Shown piece after piece: positions 41,223 through 49,801 of a DNA stretch of 64,000 bases (position 1 is the first letter of the stretch; each line of letters opens with the position of its first letter). The DNA comes from an uncultured Bacteroidales bacterium (GTDB lineage: Bacteria; Bacteroidota; Bacteroidia; Bacteroidales; WCHB1-69). A program made the position numbers and the translations under genes. Below the pieces are notes generated by a model, which made no database searches, was not told the DNA's origin, and saw only the letters and a program-made list of their open reading frames with translations. The DNA lies in the NCBI GenBank assembly GCA_946186495.1, contig CAMHNQ010000007.1:8161-72160 (forward strand), read 5' to 3'.

Positions 41223-41945
41223 TTAATTCATTCCGAGTCGCATTATTTGCTCGTACCGGCACAGGTTGTAGACCAGGTTTGTCAGGGTGTTGTAGGCCAC
41301 GTTCTGCGCAAAGCCGACCACTCGGCTGGACATTCCGTGAAGGCACTCTTCCATGTACCCGAACACATGTTCCACCCTCACGCGCAGCTTCGAGTTCTTC
41401 CTGTTGATGGTTTCCTGCTATTTGCTGATCTTCTTGCCTCTGGTGTTCCGCTTGATCACCTTGTCCTTCATCCCGAACTTCCGCATCACCCTCTTCACCC
41501 CTTTGCCGATGTAGGTGTTCTTCTCCTCCTCGGTGTCGCCCTCTTCCGGGTTCCACAACTCGCCGCCCCTGTCTTCCTTGATTATTTTGTTCTCTTCGCG
41601 TGTGTTGTGCTGGCGCGGTACCTCCACGAAGCTCCCGTCTATCATGGTGCCCTCATGCAAGATCAGGTTGTTCTCCTCCAGAAAAGCGTAGAATTCATTG
41701 AACAATTGCCCAAAAAGACCTTTCTTTGTCAATTCCTCCTTGAAAGCCCATATTGTTTTCTCGTCGGGCACCTTATCGCCGCTGGCCAGTCCGAGGAAGT
41801 CGCGAAACGAGAGCCTGTCCAAAGGGTTGCCCAACTTGTTGAGTTTCTCCATTGTCTCGTCGCTGTCGAAAAGCCCGACGTTACCTTGCTGTTTGTATGT
41901 TGGTTTGGTCTGATTCATTGTCCTTTCTAATTTGCGGCAAATATA
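41223..41945 (-). mobile_element. Decayed IS5-family transposase gene (InsH-type N-terminus), with an in-frame stop and an apparent internal deletion
   Basis: The N-terminal part (41918-41421) reads MNQTKPTYKQQGNVGLFDSDETMEKLNKLGNPLDRL...MIDGSFVEVPRQHNTREENK. A TAG at 41418-41420 is followed in the same frame by QETINRKNSKLRVRVEHVFGYMEESLHGMSSRVVGFAQNVAYNTLTNLVYNLCRYEQIMRLGMN-stop (41223). The total is only about 231 codons, and I see no DSAY-type second-Asp block. Its own -7 box, CAAATATA, lies at 41938-41945. I could not identify terminal inverted repeats with confidence. Confidence 0.7.
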
Positions 41946-42154
41946 CAAATAATTCTTTGAATGACAATGGGTTGCGAGAAATTTTCATCATAAAAAGTTC
42001 ATCTGTCGCAAGTTGACCGAAACGGGGATTTTAGGTGTCGTTTTTCAGCGGATTTCAGCTCATAAGAAGCTGTCAATCAGTAAGAAATAATTAGAAGTCC
42101 CCTTGTGATTACTGACAACACGAAGTAAACAACACGAAGTAATCAACAGCAGGC

Positions 42155-42811
42155 TCACCAATAGGTTATCGTTCGCATCTCCACCCGGTCTTCGAAGTGC
42201 ACGGACGGGCAGTGTGCGACCCGGACGAGCCAGTTGCCCTCTTTGTCGAACTGCTTGTAGGTGTAGGTTGTTGTTGGCGGGGTCGTCTTTGTCACATTGC
42301 CGTTCTCATCGTAATAAATGCGGGTGTAGCCCGGTTCGACTTTGACATCAGGGTCGTCGCCAATGTAAATTCCCGTAGACTTGACAGCGACTATCCAGCC
42401 TTTGCTGTCATACAAGAACGTCTCTGTCGGGTCGAAATCGCATGCCCCCCAATAGGAGACCTGGGTTATTCTGCCATTCCCGTCCCTTTTCAAAAAGTAA
42501 GTTGTCTCATACTCTCCATATTCGTTCGCCACATTTACGAATTCCTCCTCATAGATCTTATTTCCTTGTTCATCTTCCCTCCATTCTTTTTTAAAAACAC
42601 TGTCCCCGACACTGACCAGTTTTCCCGTCATGTCGAATTCCAAATCGAGGCTTTCCATCGGGTTATGAGTGTATGCGCGATGGTTGAGATCCTCGTTTTG
42701 AATCACCTTTTTCACGTTCCCCTTCAACCCGAACGTGGCGCGGTCGTTTTGGGCGGAGAGAACTCCTGCCAAGAGGATAGCCGCTAATAGTAGAAAATGT
42801 TTCTTCATCAT
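42155..42811 (-). CDS. Secreted hypothetical protein
   Basis: MMKKHFLLLAAILLAGVLSAQ signal peptide. The body is rich in Y/D/G/N beta-hairpin-like segments (YYDENGNVTK, LYDSKGWIV). I recognise no family. Confidence 0.65.
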   Translation of the reverse strand: MMKKHFLLLAAILLAGVLSAQNDRATFGLKGNVKKVIQNEDLNHRAYTHNPMESLDLEFDMTGKLVSVGDSVFKKEWREDEQGNKIYEEEFVNVANEYGEYETTYFLKRDGNGRITQVSYWGACDFDPTETFLYDSKGWIVAVKSTGIYIGDDPDVKVEPGYTRIYYDENGNVTKTTPPTTTYTYKQFDKEGNWLVRVAHCPSVHFEDRVEMRTITYW

Positions 42812-42855
42812 GTTTTGGTTTTTGAATCGTTTTTGTAAAAAATTGGGGATTCCTT

Positions 42856-44010
42856 CTACCTGACATTTTTGCAATAGTTGTGCGCAAGGTATGCAACGGA
42901 AGGATAGTTCGCCATAGCACTCTCCTGCACCTCCTGTTGCGGGTAGTAATGATCGTTTAAGGAGAACAACATCGGAGACTTCACCGCAACGGGTTTCCCC
43001 TTTTCATCGATGATTCTCATCCAGATGCCGTCTTCGCTGACAATGGCTTTCCCGCCGGTGAAAGGACAGGCATACGCATATTGGAAATCGATGACCACTT
43101 CCCCTTTTTTGTTGATGAATCCCCAATAGCAGTCCTCGTTTTTCACCGCTGCAAGGTTGGCGCCGGCGAAGGGGAGGGCCACATGCCAGGGGGCATCAAT
43201 CACCCAGTTCCCGTCTTTGTCTATCCAACCGGCCTTGTCGCCTTTTTTCACCATGAAGAGGTCTCCGTCAGCCTCCATCTCACTGTATTCAAACGGGATG
43301 ACGCACTTGCCCGTTTTGTCGATGACACCCCAACGAAACGACGGGTCCTTCACAACGGCCAAACCGTTGTGGAATGGCTTGGTTTCGTAGAATTGTTCGG
43401 GGATGACCATGTTGCCTTTTGTGTCAATGAAGCCCCAGTGATTTTCTTTTTCCACAGCGGCGAGCCCGTCCGAGAACCAAGCCACCTTCTTGTAGAAGGG
43501 TTCGATGGCCACGTTGCCTTTCGTGTCAAGGAAGCCCCACCGGGGGTTGAAAAGATCTCCCGAAAGCCAAGCTGCTGCCAAACCTTCCGAGAAGCAACGG
43601 ACATGTTTCGCGTCCTTGGCCTCGAACAGCACATTTCCTTTGGTATCGATGGCTTTGGGACAGCCGCCTTCCTCCACCACCCAGGCCAACCCGTCGTTGA
43701 ACTGTGTGGCGTCCTTATATTGGGGTTTGAGGAGAAAGTCCCCGTTTTCCTTGATGTATCCCAAGCAGATTTTCCCATCTTCCTGTGCCTCCTCCACCAG
43801 CGCGAGGCCGTCGCGGAACACATGGCCGTAAACGAATTTCGGTTCAACGACTATCTTGCCGTCAAGCCTGACATACCCGGTTTTTCCGGCGGCATCCCCG
43901 AACGGGAACAAGCTGGCCTTCCCCGCCTTTTCCGACGAGGGACCGCAACCGACGAACAGGAAAGCGAAAACGGCTGCAAGAATGATAGTTGTGAGTTTGT
44001 GGTTTCTCAT
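42856..44010 (-). CDS. WG-repeat (KWG-like) lipoprotein
   Basis: Lipobox AFLFVGCGPS. At least seven repeats of the form WGFIDTKGNMVIPEQF, WGVIDKTGKCVIPFEY, GWIDKDGNWVIDAPW and WGFINKKGEVVIDFQY. Confidence 0.82.
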   Translation of the reverse strand: MRNHKLTTIILAAVFAFLFVGCGPSSEKAGKASLFPFGDAAGKTGYVRLDGKIVVEPKFVYGHVFRDGLALVEEAQEDGKICLGYIKENGDFLLKPQYKDATQFNDGLAWVVEEGGCPKAIDTKGNVLFEAKDAKHVRCFSEGLAAAWLSGDLFNPRWGFLDTKGNVAIEPFYKKVAWFSDGLAAVEKENHWGFIDTKGNMVIPEQFYETKPFHNGLAVVKDPSFRWGVIDKTGKCVIPFEYSEMEADGDLFMVKKGDKAGWIDKDGNWVIDAPWHVALPFAGANLAAVKNEDCYWGFINKKGEVVIDFQYAYACPFTGGKAIVSEDGIWMRIIDEKGKPVAVKSPMLFSLNDHYYPQQEVQESAMANYPSVAYLAHNYCKNVR

Positions 44011-44037
44011 AAAGTTTTTTTTCTTGATGATGAATAA

Positions 44038-44100
44038 TCTCCGCGTATCTCGCGTATCTGCGCGGAATGCTATTCTCGTGATTCGCGAGATACACGGAGA
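44038..44100. repeat. 17-bp near-perfect inverted repeat (tctccgcgtatctcgcg / cgcgagatacacggaga) separated by 29 nt
   Basis: Read directly. It lies between the FISUMP gene A stop (44131) and the WG-repeat gene start (44010). Confidence 0.85.
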
Positions 44101-44130
44101 TTGGTTGTTTGAATGCCTTTAGTTTTGCAG

Positions 44131-46071
44131 TTAGTCTTTCAAGCAGCGGACGGAATAGGCATTCCACGAATTATTTGTCCCCACAGTCACAGAAGAAGAA
44201 GTGTAGCCCAATGATAGCGTATAGATACTTTCGTTGTCATAGGTACCTGTCGTGACGTTGTAATAAGCTCTGGTAGTCCAAAAATAGCCATTGGAATTGA
44301 GAGAACTTGCCAGATTGTTACTTGGATTTGTAATTTGTTGGTAATAACTACAGCTGCCGGCACCTCTGGCCGAGAAACCAGAAACGTTATTAGTCTCCAA
44401 CACCAATCCCACATTACAATTATTATAACCGTAATTTGTCCATCCGACAGTGTCAGCCATGGCTTTGGCAATGTATGTCTGGTTCAAATCACAGATATAT
44501 TCACTATTGTCGCTTAAATAGTTCGTCAAGGTAGTGAATTCAGCGTCAGAGGGTACATGCCAACCTGTAGGACAAATACCTTGTACTCCGCTCGGAACAG
44601 AATTGCTTTGGGTTGCTCCATTCATTACTGCGGTCCAGTTGTAGAGCATACCATAGAAGTTTTTGTTTGTGGGAGTATTGCCGGGATAATAGCAATAAGA
44701 AGTGGAGGTGGTCAATATGCTGCCGACAGGAATATTCGTTCCATCCGAATAATGTGTGGTCTTCATGTTCTCCTTCATCCAGCACTGGGTGCCGATCTGC
44801 ACGGTGTTGTAGGTGTTGCCGTCGTAGTCGGTGACGGTGGGGGTGCCGGGGCAGGAGACGCCGGGCGTGAAGGAGAGGGTCTCGCCGTAGGCCGTGCCCG
44901 CGCTGTTGGTGGCGTAGGCCCGCACGTAGTAGGTGGTGTTCACCGTGAGGCCGGCGACGTTGCTGGTGAACTCGCCCAGACCGCTGCCGTCGGAGGAGTG
45001 CTGTCCCATGACCGACGGGTTGGCGGAGGTGCTCCAGCAGACACCGCGCTCGGTCACCGGCGCACCGCCGTCAGCGGTCACCATGCCGCCGCACATTGCG
45101 TGGTTCTGGATAATGTTGGTCACGGGCGAAGTAATCACCGTGGGCAACTCCGCCACGGCGGTCACATCGTTGGTGGTGAAGGTGACCTGCTGTCCGTAGG
45201 CCGTGCCGAGGCTGTTGGTGGCGTAAGCGCGGGCGTAGTAGGTGGTGTTCGGGGTGAGACCGCTCATCAGTCCGGTGAAGCTGCCCACACCGGCGCCTTC
45301 GTTCGTGTGTGTGCCGGAGATTGTCGGCTGCGGGTTAATACCCCAGCAGATGCCGCGTTCTGTCACGGGGTCGTTGCTCATGCTGGTCACGATGCCGCCG
45401 CAATAGGCCGAGGTCTGGGTGATGTAGCTGACCACCGTGGTGGTCACCATCGGGGTGCTCTCGATGTATGGGTTGGTGAGTGCCTCCACCGTGGCCTGCA
45501 GCAGGGTGATGGTGTCGCGCAGGGCGGCGAGCGTATCCTGCAGGTCGCACAGCGAGACGTTCTCGCAACCTACCGCCGTCACGAATCCCGCATCGTTGGT
45601 GAGCTGGCTGAGGCTGGTGGGCACTGCAGGTGCGTTGGTCAGGTCGTTGTAGTCGCCGCTGAAACCGTTGCCTGCCGCCTTCGCGTATAGCGCGTATGGC
45701 ACGCTCAACAGCTGCTGCGTGGAGGTCACGCTGTAGTTGCTCCCGCCGTTGGGGTCGGTCTCGGATTTCAGGAAGTAGGGGCCGTTCGCCCAGTTGATGT
45801 CGGCGAAGACGCCCTGCTGCGCGTTGCCGCCGCCGATCTCCACGGTCATCAGGCCGTTGGCGTTCGTGGTGGCCGTCAGGGTCTCCACATACACGGCGCT
45901 GCCGCTGGCGCTCCCTTGCAGGATGCTCACGCGGACGCCCACTTGTGTGTTGGTCACCAGCACATTGCCGGCGTTTCTCACCATCGCTTGGTAGGTGAGC
46001 TTTTCGGGTGTCTGGGCCATCAGCGTCGCGACGGCCAGCACCATGATTGTCATTGTGATAAGTTTCTTCAT
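44131..46071 (-). CDS. FISUMP-domain surface protein A (signal peptide, shared N-terminal module, two Ig/Fn3-like YVRAYATN repeats, one C-terminal FISUMP domain)
   Basis: Start at MKKLITMTIMVLAVATLMAQ. Repeats GG.VT.DGGAPVTERGVCW...TTYYVRAYATNS.GTAYG...FT. The C-terminus VTDYDGNTYNTVQIGTQCWMKENMKTTHYSDG...YGMLYNWTAVM...QGICPTGWHVPSDAEF matches the Fibrobacter succinogenes major paralogous domain pattern. The protein ends VRCLKD. Confidence 0.85.
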   Translation of the reverse strand: MKKLITMTIMVLAVATLMAQTPEKLTYQAMVRNAGNVLVTNTQVGVRVSILQGSASGSAVYVETLTATTNANGLMTVEIGGGNAQQGVFADINWANGPYFLKSETDPNGGSNYSVTSTQQLLSVPYALYAKAAGNGFSGDYNDLTNAPAVPTSLSQLTNDAGFVTAVGCENVSLCDLQDTLAALRDTITLLQATVEALTNPYIESTPMVTTTVVSYITQTSAYCGGIVTSMSNDPVTERGICWGINPQPTISGTHTNEGAGVGSFTGLMSGLTPNTTYYARAYATNSLGTAYGQQVTFTTNDVTAVAELPTVITSPVTNIIQNHAMCGGMVTADGGAPVTERGVCWSTSANPSVMGQHSSDGSGLGEFTSNVAGLTVNTTYYVRAYATNSAGTAYGETLSFTPGVSCPGTPTVTDYDGNTYNTVQIGTQCWMKENMKTTHYSDGTNIPVGSILTTSTSYCYYPGNTPTNKNFYGMLYNWTAVMNGATQSNSVPSGVQGICPTGWHVPSDAEFTTLTNYLSDNSEYICDLNQTYIAKAMADTVGWTNYGYNNCNVGLVLETNNVSGFSARGAGSCSYYQQITNPSNNLASSLNSNGYFWTTRAYYNVTTGTYDNESIYTLSLGYTSSSVTVGTNNSWNAYSVRCLKD

Positions 46072-46116
46072 TGTTTTATCGTTTTGGTTTGTATTGTTGG
46101 TTCCCCACACTGCGCT
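45766..46116. repeat. 351-bp block identical to 49204-49554 (5' coding part plus leader of FISUMP genes A and B)
   Basis: Base-by-base comparison at a +3438 offset. The flanks remain recognisably similar, with scattered mismatches, back to about 45640/49078. Confidence 0.9.
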
Positions 46117-46130
46117 TCGCTTGTGTGGGG
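46103..46130 (-). promoter_or_regulatory. Single copy of the leader hairpin unit (ccccacac-N12-gtgtgggg), 31 nt upstream of the gene A ATG
   Basis: An 8-bp GC-rich stem read directly. The same unit is present four times upstream of gene B. Confidence 0.7.
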
Positions 46131-46177
46131 TTAATTGCACTGCGTGCGTTTAGCCTCTCCGAGGCTATGGTTTCGTA

Positions 46178-46666
46178 TTACTTTCGGATGATTTTGAAGG
46201 TTTTAAGGATGCGCTTCTCGTCGCGCACTTCCAGGTAGTAGGTTCCGGTGGCGTACTGGCCGATTTGGAAGGGGGTGAGGTCGTCGGTGACGGGGAGGGT
46301 CTGCAGGCGTTTGCCGGTGCCGTCGTAGAGGGTGGCGCGGAGACCGCCAGCGGGAATCTCGAAGCCGTTGAGCTGCAGCTGCGCGAGGTTCTCGGTGGGA
46401 TTGGGATAGACCACCGCGTTGAGCGCAATCTGCGGGTAGTCATCAACCCCCACGGTCATGATTTCGTAGGGTTGTTGCACGCCCTCCGCCACGGAAACGG
46501 AGCCGTTGCTATTTGAGGCGGTCTGCACCGCGATCTGCCCGACGGTGTAGCTCACGCTGCCGCCGTTACTTTGGGCGTCGCCGCCCACCGGCACGATGGC
46601 CGACTGGGCGGAGACCATCCCTGCAAGAAAGAGCAGGGGAAGGATTAGAAGGATTGTCCTGTTCAT
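46178..46666 (-). CDS. Small T9SS type A sorting-domain protein
   Basis: Signal MNRTILLILPLLFLAGMVSAQ. A short GG/SVGQ/GVQQPYE module. The C-terminus VVYPNPTENLAQLQL...ATLYDGTGKRLQ...GTYYLEVRDEKRILKTFKIIRK has the Por-secretion-tail pattern. Confidence 0.82.
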   Translation of the reverse strand: MNRTILLILPLLFLAGMVSAQSAIVPVGGDAQSNGGSVSYTVGQIAVQTASNSNGSVSVAEGVQQPYEIMTVGVDDYPQIALNAVVYPNPTENLAQLQLNGFEIPAGGLRATLYDGTGKRLQTLPVTDDLTPFQIGQYATGTYYLEVRDEKRILKTFKIIRK

Positions 46667-46698
46667 AATGAATTGCTATTTTGAGTGTTAATTGATGC

Positions 46699-49509
46699 TT
46701 AGTCTTTGAGACAGCGGACGGAAAGGCCATAAGTAAGACTGTATAGATTATTCCTATTCACACCTATCCCCCCATTATATAAATAAAAAGTGTATCCTGA
46801 ATTAGCATCTCCCAGCGTTGAAGTCCAAAAATAGGCATTGGTACCAAATGTAGCGTATAATCCATTGGTTCCATTGCGGCGTCCTGCAGGTAAAGCGCCA
46901 AAACCGGATGCATTGTTTGCAGACAAATCATTCCCGATTGCACAATTGGAAGTACTGGCGACCCAACCATTTGTACCCGCAAGGGCCTTACCGATATATG
47001 CGCTATTATTGTCACACAAATACTCGTTTTGACCACTCATGTAATCGCACAATTGCAGCCATTCTGGCTGACTTGGGACATGCCAACCGGAAGGGCAAAC
47101 TCCCTGTACTCCAGATGGATTGGCATGGCTCGAAGAAGCACCATGCATCAGAGCGGACCAATTGTAAAGGTAACCGTATGCAAGTAAGTTGTCTGAATTA
47201 TTATCCGGATAATAGCGATAAGGAGTAGTGGCGCTGGTTTCCGTACCCAATGCGATGACTGTGCCGTCAGAATAGTGCGTGGAACGAATATTTTCCTTTA
47301 TCCAACATTGTTCGCCTATCTGCACTGTGTTATAGATATTGCCGTCGTAATCTGAGACGGTAGTTTCGCCATGGCAAGGTGAAGGATTAACAGATGATGT
47401 GTCAGGAATTATTTCGTCAGCAGCCGTACCACGGACGCAGCGTACAGACTTTCCCGAATATTTTACACTTGTGGAACGCATATCAAGCGAGAGATTGTAC
47501 CGAAACTCTTCATAGACTGCCGTTTCAAGGCCATTGTCGGTAGCGCTCCAAAATTGCGCACGTTGCCCGAAGTAGTTGTTGGAATAGTAGCTGTTGTAGT
47601 ACCCGGCGGGAAGGGCGGAGAATCCTGTGGCGTTTGTGGTGGCGGGACTGCCACCAATGTCGCAGCCGCCACTGCTTGTGTTCCATCCGTCTGCAGCCGC
47701 CAAAGCCGCTGCTATCCCATCACAATCATAGTCATTTTGGCCAGCCACGTAATTTGTAAGCTGAATCCATTCAAGATTACTTGGAACATGCCAGCCATTA
47801 GGACAAATACCCTGAACATCGGATGGATTTGTCGTGCTGGAATTAGCATTCCTCATAACGGCTTTCCAATTGTAGAGATAACCATAAACCGACACATTGT
47901 TTGTGTCGTTGTTGGGCGCATAGAGGTATGGGGTAGTGCTGCTGGTGGAGAAATTGCTTTCTATGAGGGTACCATCCGAATAATGCGTGGTCCGCAAATT
48001 CTCCTTCATCCAACATTGCGTCCCAATTTGCACCGTGTTATAGATGTTTCCGTCGTAGTCGGTGACTGTCGGGGCTTCTGGGCAAGGAAGCGCAGTCACA
48101 GGGGCAGCAGCAGTGGTGAAGGATATCTCTTCGCCATAGGCCGTGCCGACACTGTTGGTGGCATATGCACGAACATAATATGTCGTTTCTGGTTGCAAGT
48201 CAGTTAATGCGGAGACAAAAACGCCAGTGTCAACCCCGTCGGTAGTATGGTTTCCATCAAGTGTGGGACTTTGGGAGATGCCCCAACAAACACCTTTTTC
48301 GGAGACTTCTGCTCCTCCATCGGATGTGACACGTCCACCTGCCACAGCAGTCGTGGAAGTAACATCACTCACTTCAGAGGTAAAGACGGTAGGCAATTGG
48401 ATAACAGGGGTCGGAGGATTTTGTCCTTCTTCCAACTCTTCTATTCTGCTGCGCAGACTGTCGATGGTATAGTTTATAGATGCGAGAAAATCAGCAAGTT
48501 GTGCTTCGGTAATGTAATGCATATCATTGTTGAATGCACTCACATCCACAGGAATCTGAGGGCGATTGGTCAAGTCGTTGTAGTCCTTGTCCCATGCGGT
48601 GAATAGCGGGTCGGTTTCGGAATATGCAGTCAGATACGGCACATCATTTTCAAACGCACTCACATTTGTGGGTACCGTCGGAATCACCGGCTTGTTAATC
48701 AGGTCGTTGTAATCTTTGTTCCACGCATTGTATTGCGGGTCTGTTTCAGTGTAGTCGGTCAAATAATCCGCATCATTGACAAAGGCACTCACGTTTGTCG
48801 GAACCGTTGGAATTGTCGGCTTGTTAACCAATGAATTGTAATCACCGTCAAAACCGGCCGGCAGCTTCACGAAACTGCCGCCTGTCAGGAAGATGGTGTC
48901 GTGGCTGATGCTCAAAATCTGCTGTTCAGCGGTCAGATAGGGGACATCGTTGGTGAACGCACTCACATTGGTGGGAACCGTCGGAATGGTGGGGATATCC
49001 TGCGTAGTGATGTAACCCGCATCATTCGTGAACGCGCTCACATTCGTCGGAACGGTGGGAATTACAGGCGTGTTCGCTAAATCGTTGTAATCTCCGCTGA
49101 AGCCGTTGCCCGCCGCCTTCGCGTACAGCGCGTACGGCACGCTCAGCAGCTGCTGCACGCTCGTGACGCTGTAGTTGCTGCCGCCGTTGGGGTCGGTCTC
49201 GGTTTTCAGGAAGTAGGGGCCGTTCGCCCAGTTGATGTCGGCGAAGACGCCCTGCTGCGCGTTGCCGCCGCCGATCTCCACGGTCATCAGGCCGTTGGCG
49301 TTCGTGGTGGCCGTCAGGGTCTCCACATACACGGCGCTGCCGCTGGCGCTCCCTTGCAGGATGCTCACGCGGACGCCCACTTGTGTGTTGGTCACCAGCA
49401 CATTGCCGGCGTTTCTCACCATCGCTTGGTAGGTGAGCTTTTCGGGTGTCTGGGCCATCAGCGTCGCGACGGCCAGCACCATGATTGTCATTGTGATAAG
49501 TTTCTTCAT
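46699..49509 (-). CDS. FISUMP-domain surface protein B (shared N-terminal module, five P-x-VSAF-x-ND-x-x-Y-(I/L)-T repeats, one YVRAYATN repeat, two FISUMP domains)
   Basis: Start at MKKLITMTIMVLAVATLMAQ (49509). The first ~170 aa are nearly identical to gene A. FISUMP cores are VTDYDGNIYNTVQIGTQCWMKENLRTTHYSDG...GICPNGWHVPS and VSDYDGNIYNTVQIGEQCWIKENIRSTHYSDG...GVCPSGWHVPS. The protein ends VRCLKD. The 53-codon N-terminal extension in the track ORF is the translated hairpin repeat and I reject it. Confidence 0.85.
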   Translation of the reverse strand: MKKLITMTIMVLAVATLMAQTPEKLTYQAMVRNAGNVLVTNTQVGVRVSILQGSASGSAVYVETLTATTNANGLMTVEIGGGNAQQGVFADINWANGPYFLKTETDPNGGSNYSVTSVQQLLSVPYALYAKAAGNGFSGDYNDLANTPVIPTVPTNVSAFTNDAGYITTQDIPTIPTVPTNVSAFTNDVPYLTAEQQILSISHDTIFLTGGSFVKLPAGFDGDYNSLVNKPTIPTVPTNVSAFVNDADYLTDYTETDPQYNAWNKDYNDLINKPVIPTVPTNVSAFENDVPYLTAYSETDPLFTAWDKDYNDLTNRPQIPVDVSAFNNDMHYITEAQLADFLASINYTIDSLRSRIEELEEGQNPPTPVIQLPTVFTSEVSDVTSTTAVAGGRVTSDGGAEVSEKGVCWGISQSPTLDGNHTTDGVDTGVFVSALTDLQPETTYYVRAYATNSVGTAYGEEISFTTAAAPVTALPCPEAPTVTDYDGNIYNTVQIGTQCWMKENLRTTHYSDGTLIESNFSTSSTTPYLYAPNNDTNNVSVYGYLYNWKAVMRNANSSTTNPSDVQGICPNGWHVPSNLEWIQLTNYVAGQNDYDCDGIAAALAAADGWNTSSGGCDIGGSPATTNATGFSALPAGYYNSYYSNNYFGQRAQFWSATDNGLETAVYEEFRYNLSLDMRSTSVKYSGKSVRCVRGTAADEIIPDTSSVNPSPCHGETTVSDYDGNIYNTVQIGEQCWIKENIRSTHYSDGTVIALGTETSATTPYRYYPDNNSDNLLAYGYLYNWSALMHGASSSHANPSGVQGVCPSGWHVPSQPEWLQLCDYMSGQNEYLCDNNSAYIGKALAGTNGWVASTSNCAIGNDLSANNASGFGALPAGRRNGTNGLYATFGTNAYFWTSTLGDANSGYTFYLYNGGIGVNRNNLYSLTYGLSVRCLKD

Positions 49510-49554
49510 TGTTTTATCGTTTTGGTTTGTATTGTTGGTTCCCCACACTGCGCT
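49204..49554. repeat. 351-bp block identical to 45766-46116
   Basis: See the feature at 45766-46116. Confidence 0.9.
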
Positions 49555-49658
49555 GCGCTTGTGTGACCGTCCCCACACTGTACTGCGCTTGTGCGACTGG
49601 CCACACACTGCGCTGCGCTTGCGGGGAAAGTCCCACACTGCGCTGCGCTTGTGTGGGG
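49541..49658 (-). repeat. Four tandem ~30-bp units of the leader hairpin (ccccacactgcgctgcgcttgtgtg...)
   Basis: Units lie at 49541-49570, 49571-49600, 49601-49631 and 49632-49658. The last retains the full ccccacac/gtgtgggg-type stem. Upstream of gene A there is only one unit. Confidence 0.9.
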
Positions 49659-49705
49659 TTAATTGCACTGCGTGCGTTTAGCCTCTCCGAGGCTATGAGT
49701 CCGTT

Positions 49706-49798
49706 TTACTTTCGGACCAGTTTGAAGGTTTTCAGGACGCGCTTCCCGTTGCGCACTTCCAGGTAGTAGGTTCCGGTGGCGTACTGGCCGATTTGGAA
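49706..49798 (-). pseudogene. Remnant (last ~30 codons) of a second copy of the small T9SS type A gene
   Basis: The minus-strand translation ...FQIGQYATGTYYLEVRNGKRVLKTFKLVRK-stop parallels the end of 46178-46666. Homology stops abruptly at 49798, 4 nt from the stop codon of the FISUMP C gene. Confidence 0.75.
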
Positions 49799-49801
49799 CG
49801 A

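Noticed and set aside
41206-41556. 116-aa minus-strand ORF in the IS remnant
   Set aside because: It is in the wrong frame. The frame that continues the transposase N-terminal part after the in-frame TAG gives the conserved RVRVEHVFGYM...YNLCRY C-terminus, whereas this ORF gives Gln/Glu/Arg-rich nonsense.
41950-42154. Candidate terminal inverted repeats of the IS5 remnant (ctgattatcaattag at ~41200 versus caatcagtaagaaataattag at ~42080) and the tandem acaacacgaagtaa x2 at ~42115-42145
   Set aside because: The arm similarity is too weak and short to call by eye. The element boundaries remain undefined without comparison to an intact copy.
49541-49658. Possible CRISPR array (four ~30-bp repeats)
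   Set aside because: The units are directly adjacent with no unique spacers between them. There are only four copies, no cas genes are nearby, and a single copy sits at the equivalent position upstream of the paralogous gene.
49510-49668. N-terminal extension of FISUMP B (MQLTPHKRSAVWDFPRKRSAVCGQSHKRSTVWGRSHKRSAVWG...) and the analogous 23-codon extension of FISUMP A (46072-46140)
   Set aside because: The peptide repeats are just the translated 30-bp hairpin units. Both proteins have a canonical signal peptide starting at the internal MKKLITM, and the extension length differs only by repeat copy number.
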